Origin: Felis catus
Taxonomy: Eukaryota
DNA length: 64,000 bases
Direction: 5' to 3'
Assembly (NCBI RefSeq): GCF_018350175.1
Contig: NC_058369.1
Span: 11,842,001-11,906,000 of the forward strand
Below are positions 11,425-22,999 of this stretch, piece by piece; positions within the stretch are counted from its first letter, which is position 1, and the number at the start of each line of letters is the position of its first letter. Made by a program: the position numbers and the translations under genes. The notes beneath the pieces are model-generated. The model had not been told where the DNA came from. It saw only the letters and a program-made list of their open reading frames with translations, and ran no database searches.

Positions 11425-13075
11425 AATGGATTAACTAGGAGAGAAATGCCCTGGCAGGGGAAGACACATTATAGACATTATACACATCATTGTCAATTTC
11501 AAGTGTGACCCTGGAACAGACACCAACACCGATCAAGCTGGCTGCACACCTCAGAAAGTGCCCCAGTGTGATGCAAAACTTGATATATGATAAAGGTGGG
11601 ACACAAATCAATGGGAAAAGATGGATTGTGTAAGAGTTTGTGGTGGGAAAATCTGTCCCATTTAGAAGCAAAGTAAATGTGAATTTCTGCCTATAAACAC
11701 ATGCATGGGTGGAATCCAATTGGGTTTCTGACATAAATATGAAACATGATGCTATGAAGTTAATAGAAGAAGGTGGAGGAGAATAATTTTCTTGAACTAG
11801 GAGTGGGGATCTTCTTTTGTTTTGTGTTTGTTTTTGGTTTTGAGAGAGAGAGAGAGAGTGAGCAGGGGAGAGGGGAAAAGCCAGAGACAGAGAATCTGAA
11901 GCAGGCTCCAAGCTCAGTGTGGAGCTTGGCCAGGTCTTGATCCAATGGCCCTGGGATCATGCCCTGAGCTAAAATCAAAAGTTAGACACTCAGTCGACTG
12001 AGCTACCCAGGCACCCCAAGTAGGACTTTTTTAACAAACTCCAGAAACACAAACCTTACATGATTTTGAAAGATACAACGACATCAACAAGAAGCGTTTT
12101 TGTCCAACAGAAAATATTCTGGATCCAGTTAATGGAGACAGAAAGGTGAGAAAAATCATGTTCATTGTGCAAAAAGGACCAAGGACTATGATCTGGAATA
12201 AACAAGAAACCTTTTACATCTACAACAAGCAAAACCTCCATACAGAAATAAGCAGAGGGAAAAGGAAGAAAAATGAGCAAAGGTTTGAGCAGAGAACTTA
12301 CAGAGGGTGTAGCACAGGCAAATAAAAACATGCTAATAAGAAAAAAGAGAGAGAGGGACAGAGAGAGACAAAGGAAGGAAAATGCAGTGGAAATTCAGTG
12401 TATATCTACTCAATGCCCCAAGTTAGAAAGTCCCCAGTGTTGATCAGTTTTGGAGAGATCGCAACCCTCGTGTACAGCCTGTGAGAGTGCAGAATAGTGG
12501 AAATGAGGAGTTCACGTGCTCTGTGCCCCAGCACATGTGCTCCTGAACATCTATCGCGATTGCTCAAAGGCATTTACAGGGGAGCATGTCAGAGGGTGTT
12601 TCTGTAGCATTGCTTTTAGTGGGAAACTGGAAAGCCTGCTTGTCCATTCTTTGGAAGGGGGCAGGACCCGTGGGCTGGATGCAAACCCTGCAGCCCCAGC
12701 CAGGAGTTCGATGCACGCACAGCAGCATAAATGAACCCATAAAATGTGTTGAATGAATGAAGCAAAAAGCAGACGAACACTCCAGCATAATAACCTTTCG
12801 GCATACTAAAAATAGAGCAGCTGACACTATTCTGTAGGATGCTGTAACGATGGATACATGCCATTATGCATCTGTCAGAATCCACAGAACCCACGACACA
12901 GACAGTGAACCCTAATGTATCCCGTGGGCTCTAGTTAGTAATAATGTAGCCATATTGGCTCACCAGGAACAAATACACTATTCCAAGAGGTAAAAGAGGA
13001 AACCGTGTGAGGGAGAGAGGAAGTATGTGTTTTCCTGCAAACTTATAATTTTTCTATAAAATCAAAAAGTAAAAA
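11425..13075 (+). mobile_element. Ancient L1M remnants (paralogs 38610-40100, 63110-64000 -, and GC-shifted copies ~560-1390, ~20915-21720 -, ~54750-55740)
   Basis: Degenerate ORF2 end/3'UTR motifs (gatatatgataaaggtgg, acagtgaaccctaatgta...gttagtaataatgta). Confidence 0.55.
11815..12017 (-). mobile_element. SINEC
   Basis: Head/CT/tail structure. Confidence 0.85.
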
Positions 13076-13829
13076 TTTTTCTATGAAATTTAAAAGGATA
13101 CAAATAATTCACAGCACATATATTCACAGAGAAGACAGGACGCATGTACAAGAGCACATGCAAATCAAAGCGCATACCTTTAGTATGGGAGAAGGGTTGT
13201 TGACACTGGAGGGAACAGGTGGTCGAAAGGGAACGTGAGCAAAATAAGAGAAGGACGTGATGAAAACCAATGCTTGTCAAGCGCAGCGACCCAGAAACGT
13301 CATTGACTCAAACCTCTGCACCTGACGTCCACCATAAAACAAAACAAAAATGTTTTTATGAATAACTTGAGCCTCGATGTCGCCCACAGCTCCTGAAACT
13401 CTCGGCTCTGGGGCAGAACCCAGCCATAATTGCACCCCCTGGTCTTACTGATGTGTTGTTCCGAAGGATCCCCCACAATAGGGGTCAGCCTGGAGCCTGG
13501 AGGACATGGAACCAGCAGGACAGGGAGGGACTTTCCCGGAGTGAGGAAGGCTGGGCTGGTGAGCTGGAAATAAAGCCTTCTGACCATGCAGCCTTCCCCC
13601 CTCCCCAGACCAGGAACCGAGACACCCGTGTCAGCCCCCTTCTGTGCCTCAACCCCCATCACTCAGCACCCTCTCCCCCTGCTAAATAGCTGTCTGTGTG
13701 CTCTCCTCCTATCCATCTGCATGGCTCCACCTCCCTCCCTGCACTGCTCAATGCCCCAGGCCCCTCCTCTGCTCCCACTGCACTCTGGCTTCCAGAGAGA
13801 ACTGTCTGAAACGCACCCCAGGTGTGCTG

Positions 13830-13990
13830 TCATCAGGGCCAGGGTTCAAGCCCCAGCTTTGGTATGTTTGTCTGAGGAAGAATGTTCTAGCCCTGAGCCT
13901 CCTCTCCCCAACTGAAAAATGGGAGTAAGCAGACAACTATCTTCAGAAGGTCCAGAGGATTCATGGAAAGGGCTCCATGTTTACCTAACA
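13830..13990 (+). mobile_element. MIR remnant (paralogs ~40200-40360, ~62185-62345 -)
   Basis: gggttcaagccccagct...ctgagcctc...ctgaaaaatggg MIR core. Confidence 0.6.
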
Positions 13991-14269
13991 TGGGGGGTTA
14001 TCCCTGATGCTGCTATCTTCCCTGTCCTCTGAGCTGCTTTCCTGTCATCAGTCTGTACCAGATGCACCAGTTGGTCACATTCCAAACTCACAGCCTCTGT
14101 AGTGCCATTTGCACTAGGCTGAGTGAAGAGCCCAGGACCCAGCATGGGCACCCTGAGAAGCCCCCCTGGCAGTTGTCCAGAGCTAAGAATCTGTCTTACA
14201 ACCGTTCAACCAGGCCCGGTTCCCATCCACTGTCTGAGTCTTGTTCCCAATAAATGTCCCATTATTGCC

Positions 14270-14780
14270 ACCTACCCTGTCCCTTCTGGTCCCCCTCGTG
14301 CTGGGCTGCCTCTTCCAGGAAGCAGCCAGCAGGGCAGGGAAGAAGACACTCTCCTGTGTTATTCTGTCAGCAGCACACAGGGGCAGGTGTGGGGCCAGAC
14401 CTCTGGGCTCCTGGAACTGATGCTGTGTGCTTTATCCCTGCTGCAGCTTCCCAGCAGGCTGTTCCCCAGGGCCTCCTCAGGGTCTGGAGTGGCCAAGAGG
14501 ATCATCAGAGGATCTCGGGGGATGTGCAGCCCCTACTCCTTCCTCCAACTCCCCAACACAACTAAGACTCCCTGCTGTCTCTGTCTACCCTGAGAGCCCC
14601 AGTCCCTGCTGAGGACTAGGAGCTCCCAGTCTTGGGGGAAACAGGGCTCGAGTAGATACCTTAAGGTCAGAGCACGGTCAGAGGGAAGGCAGGAGCTGGT
14701 GCGGCCCACAGTGGGAATCCAGAGCTCTGCTCTGGGGTCAGGGCAGCTGGAGGGTGTCCCAGAATAAGGGTAATTTAGAG
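14270..14780 (-). promoter_or_regulatory. Putative promoter + non-coding exon 1 of gene A
   Basis: TAAT 14771, O/E-like ~14463, GATAAA 14436-14431, donor 14275-14270; co-oriented, 5.9 kb upstream of acceptor 8397. Confidence 0.6.
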
Positions 14781-14924
14781 CTGGGTCTTGGGGACTGATT
14801 TCCTTTGGTCAATAGAAGTTTTCAGTGTCTCCTGGTCACACTGGATAGCCCCACCTCCCCCCACTGGTCAAGTTCTACCCTATCCCTGTTGTCCTGGTGA
14901 TCTGAGCCAGAACATCTCCATTAG

Positions 14925-15650
14925 TATGTGCATCCTTGGGCTATAATAACACATTTGGTCTTTGTCCACTTCATGACACACAGCTCCTAAAGCCCTTGTC
15001 TCAGGAGTGATGATACTGGATTTTGCATGCTAAGGAGATGCGTGGTGGTTGGGGGCTCCTGGATAGTCTAGGAAGGAGGCTGCTCCCCTGAACGGCCAAG
15101 GTGAGATCAGAGAGCTGGGACTTCCAGGTGGGGAGAGGGGCTATGGGTTGATATTCAATCTCCAAGGACCAATGATTTAACCAATCATGTCTGTGTAATC
15201 AAACCTCCACAAAAACTCCCTAAGCAATGGGAATCAGAGACCTTCCCATTTGTGAGCATGTGGAGGTGCTAGGAGGGTGGTGTGTCCGGAGAGGGCATGG
15301 AAGGTCCTCGGTCCTTCCTCCACACCTTGCCTGATGCACCTGTTTCACCTGGCTGTTCCTGACTCGTGTCTTTTATAGTAAACTGGGAAGAGTAAGTGTT
15401 GCATTTTCCTGATTTCTGTGAGTCATTCCAGCAAAGTATCCAAAATGAAAGGGGGGAATTTAGAAACCCCAACTGTGAAGTCCCATCACACAAAAGTGCA
15501 GGTACCCTGAACACTGAAAACTTGTCACTGGCATCTCCAGGTAGTTCGTGTCAGAAGTGAACTGAATTATGGGACTGCAAGTTGGTGTCTGGGAAGCTGA
15601 AGAATTGTTCATTGTTGTGGGAAGAACTCACCCATTCGGTCTTAAGTGTT
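14925..15650 (+). mobile_element. MER21-like solo LTR (segmental duplicate)
   Basis: Near-identical to 2385-3110. Confidence 0.75.
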
Positions 15651-16117
15651 AGGCGTAGAAACAGCTCACTTCCTGTGTCCCTCTGTCCAATCAGCAACAC
15701 AGTCCATTCTGCCTCTGAAATCAACCTCCAGTCTGCCACTCGACCCAGTCCAGGATGCCCACGCGCACCTCTGCCCATCTCTTCCTGCGTCTTCCCACCC
15801 TGCTGGCCCTCAGCAGCCTGCTTCCCTCACAGTAGCCAGGGGGACTCCCTACAAACAGGAATCTGACCATGGTTCATGGGCTTAAAATGTACCTCTTGGT
15901 ATAATTACTTTGGAAAGCCATTTGGCAGAATCTATTCAAGCTGAACATAGGTATCCCCTATGACTCAGCATTTACACTGCTAGCTTAGACCCAACACAAC
16001 ATGTAAGTATTAATCCATGAAGAAACATGTAGTAGACGTCATAGGAACCCCAAGTGGAAACATCTACAAATATGTTGACATACTCAATTACCATACACAT
16101 CTTTTCTGTGTATTTAA

Positions 16118-16335
16118 AATTTTTTTAAATGTTTATTCATTTTTGAGAGAGAGAGAATGGGAGACACAGAGTGTGAGTGTGAGGAGGGGCAGAGAGAGAG
16201 GGAGACACAGAATCCAAAGCAGGCACCAGGTTCTGAGTCGTCAGCACAAAGCCAGATTGCAGGGCTTAAACCCACGAACCATGAGATCATGACCTGAGCC
16301 AAAGTCAGATGCTTAACCAACTGAGCCATCCAGGC
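16118..16335 (-). mobile_element. SINEC
   Basis: TSD-like catcttttct(g/a)t(g/a)t. Confidence 0.88.
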
Positions 16336-16519
16336 TTTCCATCTTTTCTATATGTATTTTGAGAGTATTTAGAGTTCCTCACTTTCCTTGGAACAAACTC
16401 TTTAAGCGGACACCATGGTCTTGCATGATCTTGCCCTACCCACCTATCTGCCTTCGCATTCCAGAATTCCCCTAGCCACCTCCAACTCTCTGGGCTGTGC
16501 TAGACAATGATTGTCCCCA

Positions 16520-16892
16520 AATGCACCATGCCTCTGTCACTCTGAACCTTTGCACTTGCTATACTGTCAGGAAACCCATCTTCCACTTACCTGCCTTGCC
16601 TGAATCATACTTACACTCCCTCATGTCTCAATGTAGACATCACCAATTGCCAAAGTCTCTAAATCCCAGGTTGGATCTGTGACCCTCGCCAGCTTCTTCA
16701 GATCCCTAGGCTGCCTTCATCACATCTCTGACCATTCTGTGCTGTCATCTTTGGTTATATGACAGATTCTTTCACTGGACCATGAAAAGAGAGAGCAGAG
16801 ACCTAGTTCTTGGGTATAGCTGCATCCCATCACCTATAATATTTCCATATGAAATAAGTGTTGAATAACATTTCTTTACTATATGAATGAAT
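16520..16892 (+). mobile_element. L2 3' end remnant (paralogs ~47400-47920 -, ~58715-59065 -)
   Basis: cctttgcacttgct...tctcaatgtagacatcacc...tgttgaataa...atgaatgaat tail. Confidence 0.6.
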
Positions 16893-16926
16893 AATGAGGG
16901 CAAAGTGATGTGAGGACACAGAGCAG

Positions 16927-17527
16927 TCCTTTCTGTTCATGATCATGGGCTATGACTGCTACATGGTCATCTGCCACCACCTGCGCTACAATGTGCTCAT
17001 GAGCCCCCGTGGCTGTGCCCGCCTCGTGTCCTGGTCCTGGCCTGGTGGCTCGATCATGGGGATGATGGTGACCCTGATAGTTTTTCACCTCACCTTCTGT
17101 GGATCTAACATGATCCGCCATTTTTTCTGCCATGTGTTTTCCCTTCTAAAGTTGGCCTGTGGGAATGAGAATTCCTCCGTCACCTTGGCTGTGATCCTGG
17201 TGTGTGTCTCAGCTCTGATGGGCTGTTTATTCCTCATCGTCCTCTCCTATGTCTTCATCGTGGCCGCCATATTGAGGATCTACTCAGCTGAGACCTTCTA
17301 CATGTGTGTGTCACCTCACTATGGTCATTGTGCACTATGACTTTGCCTCCATTATTTACCTCAAGCCCAAGGGCCTCCATTCTATGGACAGTAACACCCT
17401 GAAGGCCACCACCTATATAGTCTTTACCTCCTTTCTTAGCCCAATAATTTTCAGCCTCAGGAATAAGGAGCTTAAGAATGCCATAAAGAAAAGCTTCCAG
17501 AGAAAATTCAGTCCCCTAAGCTCCTGA
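16927..17527 (+). pseudogene. 5'-truncated OR10H pseudogene (psi1), TM3 to C-terminus
   Basis: Begins at the SFLFMIMGYDCY equivalent. Has DRY>DCY, a 12-nt deletion of GRHK at ~17292 and a 2-nt frameshift at ~17311; ends KFSPLSS*. Confidence 0.92.
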
Positions 17528-17603
17528 TAGCCAGTTTGCTCATGAGGAAATATGGGAGAAGAGCTGGGGATAATAACTTCTATTTTCATAGGACTGAGGT
17601 AAG

Positions 17604-18592
17604 ATATCACTCATCATCAGGGAAATACAAATCAAAACCACAGTGAGATACCACCTCACACCGGTCAGAGTGGCTAAAATTAACCACTCAGGAAACAACA
17701 GATGCTGGTGAGGATGTGGAGAAAAGGGAACCCTCTTCACTGTTGGTGGGAATGCAAACTGGTGCAGCCTCTCTGCAAAGCAGTGTGGAGGTTCCTCAAA
17801 AAATTAAAAATAGAACTACCTTACCACCCAGCAATAGCACTACTAGAATTTACCCAAAGGATACAGGAGTGCTGATGCATAGGGGCACAGGTCCCCCAAG
17901 GTTTACGCCAGTGCTTTCAACAATAGCCAAATTATGGAAAGAGCCTAAAGGTCCATCAACTGATGAATGGATAAAGAAGATGTGGTTTATGTATACAATG
18001 GAATATTACTTGGCAATGAGAAAGAGTGAAATCCTGGGGCACCTGGGTGGCTCAGTTGGTTGAGCGTCTGACTTTGGCTCAGGTCATGATCTCATGGTTC
18101 GTGAGTTTGATCCCTGCATCGGGCTCTGTGCGGACAGCTCGGAGCCTAGAGACTGCTTCGGATTCTGTGTCTCCCTCTCTCTCTCTGCCCCTCCCCAGCT
18201 TGCACTCTGTCTCTCCCTCTCTCAAAAATAAATAAACATTAAAAAAAAAAAGAATGAGGGGCGCTTGGGTGGCGCAGTCGGTTAAGCGTCCGACTTCAGC
18301 CAGGTCACGATCTCGCGGTCCGTCCGTGAGTTCGAGCCCCGCGTCGGGCTCTGGGCTGATGGCTCGGAGCCTGGAGCCTGTTTCCGATTCTGTGTCTCCC
18401 TCTCTCTCTGACCCTCCCCCGTTCATCCTCTGTCTCTCTCTGTCCCAAAAATAAAATAAAAAACGTTGAAAAAATTTAAAAAAAAAAGAATGAAATCCTG
18501 CCATTTGCAGCAACCTGGATGGAACTGGATGGTATTATGCTAAGTGAAATAAGTCCGTCAGAGAAAGACAGATACCGTATGTTTTCACTCAT
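17604..18592 (+). mobile_element. L1 ORF2 3' fragment lacking 3'UTR and polyA, with two nested SINECs
   Basis: atcactcatcatcagggaaatacaaatc ... gtatgttttcactcat; flanked by aggtaa repeats; absent from paralogous flanks at ~44020 and ~58050. Confidence 0.88.
18036..18487 (+). mobile_element. Two tandem SINECs (18036-18250; young 18257-18487)
   Basis: The second is inserted in the tail/TSD of the first (aagaatga duplicated). Confidence 0.9.
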
Positions 18593-20014
18593 AGGTAAAA
18601 CTCAAATAAATGAAAATATACATATCGTTGGGTGTTGGATACATGCTGGGTATTTGTTTTTCCCCAATTTTTTACACCCCTCTTGCATGGGATCTAGTGA
18701 TCATGATCTCTTGTTCTTGACCCCATGTGATGAACTCCTTCCCATTACTCTGCCTAAGAATGTGTTATCTTCTTATGGGCAGGTGGGGGGCATCACATGG
18801 ATATGTCTGGGCAGTGACGCACAAGGTCTTCTTGAATGTTCATGCAAGGGAAGATTTTCCCCTCCTCCAACATAAGGATAAAGAAAATTAAGCAGAGTAA
18901 TTATATATGACTCAGCATTTCATCCAGCACTTTACCAATGGTTTATACTACTGTCTTTTAAATTATAACAAATGCACAAAAGAAATTAAACTTTTAGTCT
19001 CTAAGAAGATGATTTACTATGTATAATTTCTCGCTGCCTTGGAAGGGATAGATTCTAAGGGAGGTTTTCTATGTCAAATTGGGTTCAGAAGGTGACCTGG
19101 AGAGAGAGAGAGACAGAAAGAGATACAGAGAGATAAGTAGTGGCATAGGAATCCTTTAAATTGATCTGAACAGACACTTGAATAAAATTGGATATGGGGC
19201 CAAATCTGGGAAAGGAATGAAGAATGAGAAGGAAGTTGGTAGGAGGGTAATTTTCACATGAGGAAGGGAAAGGGAAGGGAGAGTGAGAGAGGAAGAGAGG
19301 GGGAGAGGAATAGGGAGGAAAAGAGAGAGAAAGGGGAGGGGGATCAGTGCTTAGATAAGAACATAAGGCATGTTAAAAGGGTTTTGCTTTCTGACAGCTT
19401 ATTGAAAGTCTTTTCCCTTTTTCCCCACATTACTTTCCATAAGCATCAATTTCTCATTCCTGAGTTTGGAAGAATCTATTTGGGGGATTTGTTGTAGACA
19501 CAGTGCTATCTCAAGATGCACAAAGAGAGGTCAAGGGTATGGGTACCCCCTTTATGCAGATGAGAACAGTTGGTGGAGGTCACACAACGTGTGAAGGAAA
19601 GGGTCACATGGAGATTGAGGTCTGTCTGACTCCCATGCTGGGGATTGGGAAACCATAGGTCTGAGGATCCAGGAAGGGGGCTTTCTGTGGATCTAAACTA
19701 CTACTCAAAGGTGAGGCCAGATGTTTGAGTTGGAGGCAGAAGATGTGATATAATGTTAAACCCACAGCTACCAGTCACCTCGTGAGCATACAAGACTCTC
19801 CTCAGTGGTCAATAAACAAGGACAACACAGGAGACCAAATATTTGCTTGATTATATCACAGAGAGGCTTATGTTGATGTGGACTCTCAGGCTTGGATCAC
19901 CAGGATGACAAGGAAAGGGTAGAACTTGACCATGAGGTGAGGTGGGGTGATCCAGAGTGTCCAGGAGACAGTGAACAATTCTATTGACAAGGAGAAATCG
20001 CTCCCTATGACCCA

Positions 20015-20581
20015 GCTCTAAATTACCCTTATTGTGGGAAGCCCTCCAGCTGCCTTGACCCCAGCGCAGAGCCCTGGATTCCCACTGGATTCCCAGTGGA
20101 TTTCCACTCTGGGCTGCTCCAGCTCCTGCCTTCCTCCTGTCCCTGCCCTGACACTAAGGGATTGAGGGCATCTACTCCAGCCCTGTTTCCCCCAAGACTG
20201 GGAGCTCCTAGTCCTCAGTAGGGACTGGAGCTTAGGGCAGACAGAGACAGCAGGGAGTCTTGGTTGTGTTGGGGATTTGGAGGAAGGAGTAGAGGTTGCA
20301 GGTCCCCAGAGGCCCTCTGATGATCCTCTTGGCCTCTCCAGACCCTGAGGACAGCCTTCCAGATTGGTGTCCCAAGGAGGCCCTGGGGAGCAGCAGGATG
20401 GGAAGTTGCAACAGGGATAAAGCACACAGCATCAGTTCCAGGAGCCCAGAGGTCTGGCCCCACACCTGCCCCTGTGTGCTGCTGACAGAATAACCCAAGA
20501 GAGCGTCTTCTGTCTTCCCCTGCTGGCTGCTTCCTGGAAGAGGCAGCCCAGCACGAGGGGACCAGGAGGGACAGGGTAGGT
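20015..20581 (+). promoter_or_regulatory. Putative promoter + non-coding exon 1 of gene B
   Basis: AAATTA 20020-20025, O/E-like TCCCAAGGA/CCCTGGGGA 20370-20389, GATAAA 20416-20421, donor GTAGGT 20576-20581; 5.5 kb upstream of acceptor 26068. Confidence 0.6.
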
Positions 20582-22043
20582 GGCAATATTTAGGCAGTTG
20601 TGGGGAGCAAGCCCCGGTTGGGGGTGGGAACAGGACTGGGGAGAAAGGTGGTAAGACAGGCTCTTAGCCTTGGGAGCTGGTGGGACTTTTCTCGGGTAGC
20701 CCCTGCTGGGTCCTGGGTTCCTCACTCAGCCTAGTGACCTTTGCAGCTTCTAGGTCACTATTGTTGATTGGGACTGATTCTGTCCCCCTGAAATATTTGC
20801 ACATGCCCGGAGGCCCTTTTGTTGTCACAGCTCATGGGGAGGGAGGGATGCTACGGGCATCTGGAGGGCTGAGGCCAGGGATGCTGCTAAACGTTGTACA
20901 ATCTGGTAGTAGTGTGGGGCGTTTGTTCCACTGGTGAACCAATCAGGACACGTTATAGTAACTCCGCCCACATTTACACTAGGGCTCACTGTCTGTGTTG
21001 CAGCCTGTGGGTTTGGAGCAGTGGATAGTGGCATGTATACAGCATTCCAGCATCCCACAGAATAGTGTCAGGTGCTCTGTTTTTAATGCGCCCAAATGCA
21101 ATTATGCTGGAGAGTTGAGCTGCCTTTTGCCTCATTCACTCGGTGTCATTTTACGGCTTCATTTATGCTGCTGTGTGTGCATGGAACTCCTGGCTGGGGC
21201 TCCAGGGTTTGCATCTGGCCCGTGGGACCTGCCCCCTTCCCAGTTACGGTTCCCAGGCAGGCTTGTCCATTCCGGCACTACAAGCGGGGCTTCATCCCAC
21301 AGGCTCCATCCAGGTAGGTGTGCGCCATCGAGATAGAGGTTCAGGTGCACGTGAAGGTTGCACTTCTCCATTCTCGGTTCTCACCCGCAGGCCGCGGGAT
21401 TGCTCCCTCCCCGTATAGCTGTGGGCATTGGGCACTTCCTAATCTGGGGAAATGAATAGGTGTACAGGGAAATCTCAGGGTCGTTTTCCCCTTCCCTTTC
21501 CTTGTCTTGAAACCATCTGTTCACTTGCCTGTGTAACCCCTTCTGTGGGTTCTCTGCTCATGTCCTGGACTCGTTTCTGTATGGAGTCTCTACTTCTTAA
21601 TGTGCTGGTTTCTTATTTACTCTAGTCAGTATTCCCTGGTCAATTTTAGTCAATGCACCGGCTCCTTTCCCAAATTTCCATCTGCCTGTTCATGTATCCT
21701 GGATATTCCAGGGTGTCCTGGAAGTTTTCATGTGTGTTTCTTTCTCTAAGCAGTTAAATGAATTTAATGAAATGGCGTCAGCACTCACAGAACATATGCT
21801 TCTGAAATTCAAATGCTGCTTTACCGATTAAGCATACCATAGACACATTTCATGTCTTTTTAAAATCACCTCAACATCTGTGCTTTTGATGTTTGGTTAG
21901 ACTCCTCCTTCACTTATAGATCACAAAGTCATTCTCCTGAATCCTTTTCCTACTGACTTTATACTTCATTCTACATGTGAAATCCATTTGGATTCCACCT
22001 TTGTGTGGAATCTCAGGCAGGAATTCAGATTTATACTGCTTCC

Positions 22044-22260
22044 GGGGCACCTGGGTGGCTCAGTTGGTTGGGTGTCCGACTTCACCTCAGGTCATGATCT
22101 CACGGTTTGTGAGTTTGAGCCCACGTCGGGCTCTGTGCTGAGGTCTGGGAGCCTGCAACCTGCTTCGGATTCTGTCTCTGACTCTCGCTGCTCCTCCCCC
22201 GCTTGTACTCTGTCTCTCCGTCTCTAAAAGAAATAAACATCAAAACAAACATTTTAAAAA
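22044..22260 (+). mobile_element. SINEC
   Basis: TSD agatttatac(t/g)gcttc. Confidence 0.88.
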
Positions 22261-22461
22261 GATTTATACGGCTTCATAGAATGACCAGTTTCTCACCACA
22301 AACCAGTAAACAATCCATTATTTCCATTTGATTTGTGCTCCCACCTTTATCACATATTGGGTTTGGAATGATGCAGGATGTTTCGTGAGATATCCAATCA
22401 GCACGACACAGGTGTCACACATATCATCTATCATCCATGTCTTCTCCAGGGTCGCATTAAA

Positions 22462-22674
22462 AAATTTTTTTAACATTAATTTATTTCTGAGAGACAGAGG
22501 AGGCAGAGCATGAGCAGGGGAGGGGGAGAGAGAGACACAGAATCTGAAGCAGGCTCCAGGCTCTGAGCTGTTTGTCAGCACAGAGCCCAATGCAGGGCTC
22601 GAACACACAAACTGCGAGACCACGATCTGAGCCGAAGTCGGATGCTCAACCGACTGAGCCACCCAGGGACCCCC
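22462..22674 (-). mobile_element. SINEC
   Basis: TSD agggtcgcatt. Confidence 0.9.
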
Positions 22675-22999
22675 AGGGTCGCATTTATAAAAATGATTCT
22701 GATTTGGTAGGGAGTCTCAACTCTGGGAGAGACATCTCTCTGTCTCTCTTGTGTGCTCCATTTTAAGAAGACCTGTATAGTTTTTTTACTAGCTTTATTT
22801 TTCAGAAGTAGGTTTAGCATAGTTATTAAATTTAACTTCTTCAGTTGTAAATGCAGCTGCACTGAGTATAATTTGGGGAGGAACCAACATGACTGCTATA
22901 TTGGTTCATCCCATCTGAGAGTACATATTGATTTCCAGTTTTCCACATAGCCAGACCATCTTCTGTCCTTGGAGGTGTGTTTGGTTAATTCCTAGATAT

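Noticed and set aside
14123-14593. ORF family in the promoter module (...QGQVWGQTSGLLELM...)
   Set aside because: Frames shift between copies through non-triplet indels; no recognisable protein; antisense to the inferred exon.
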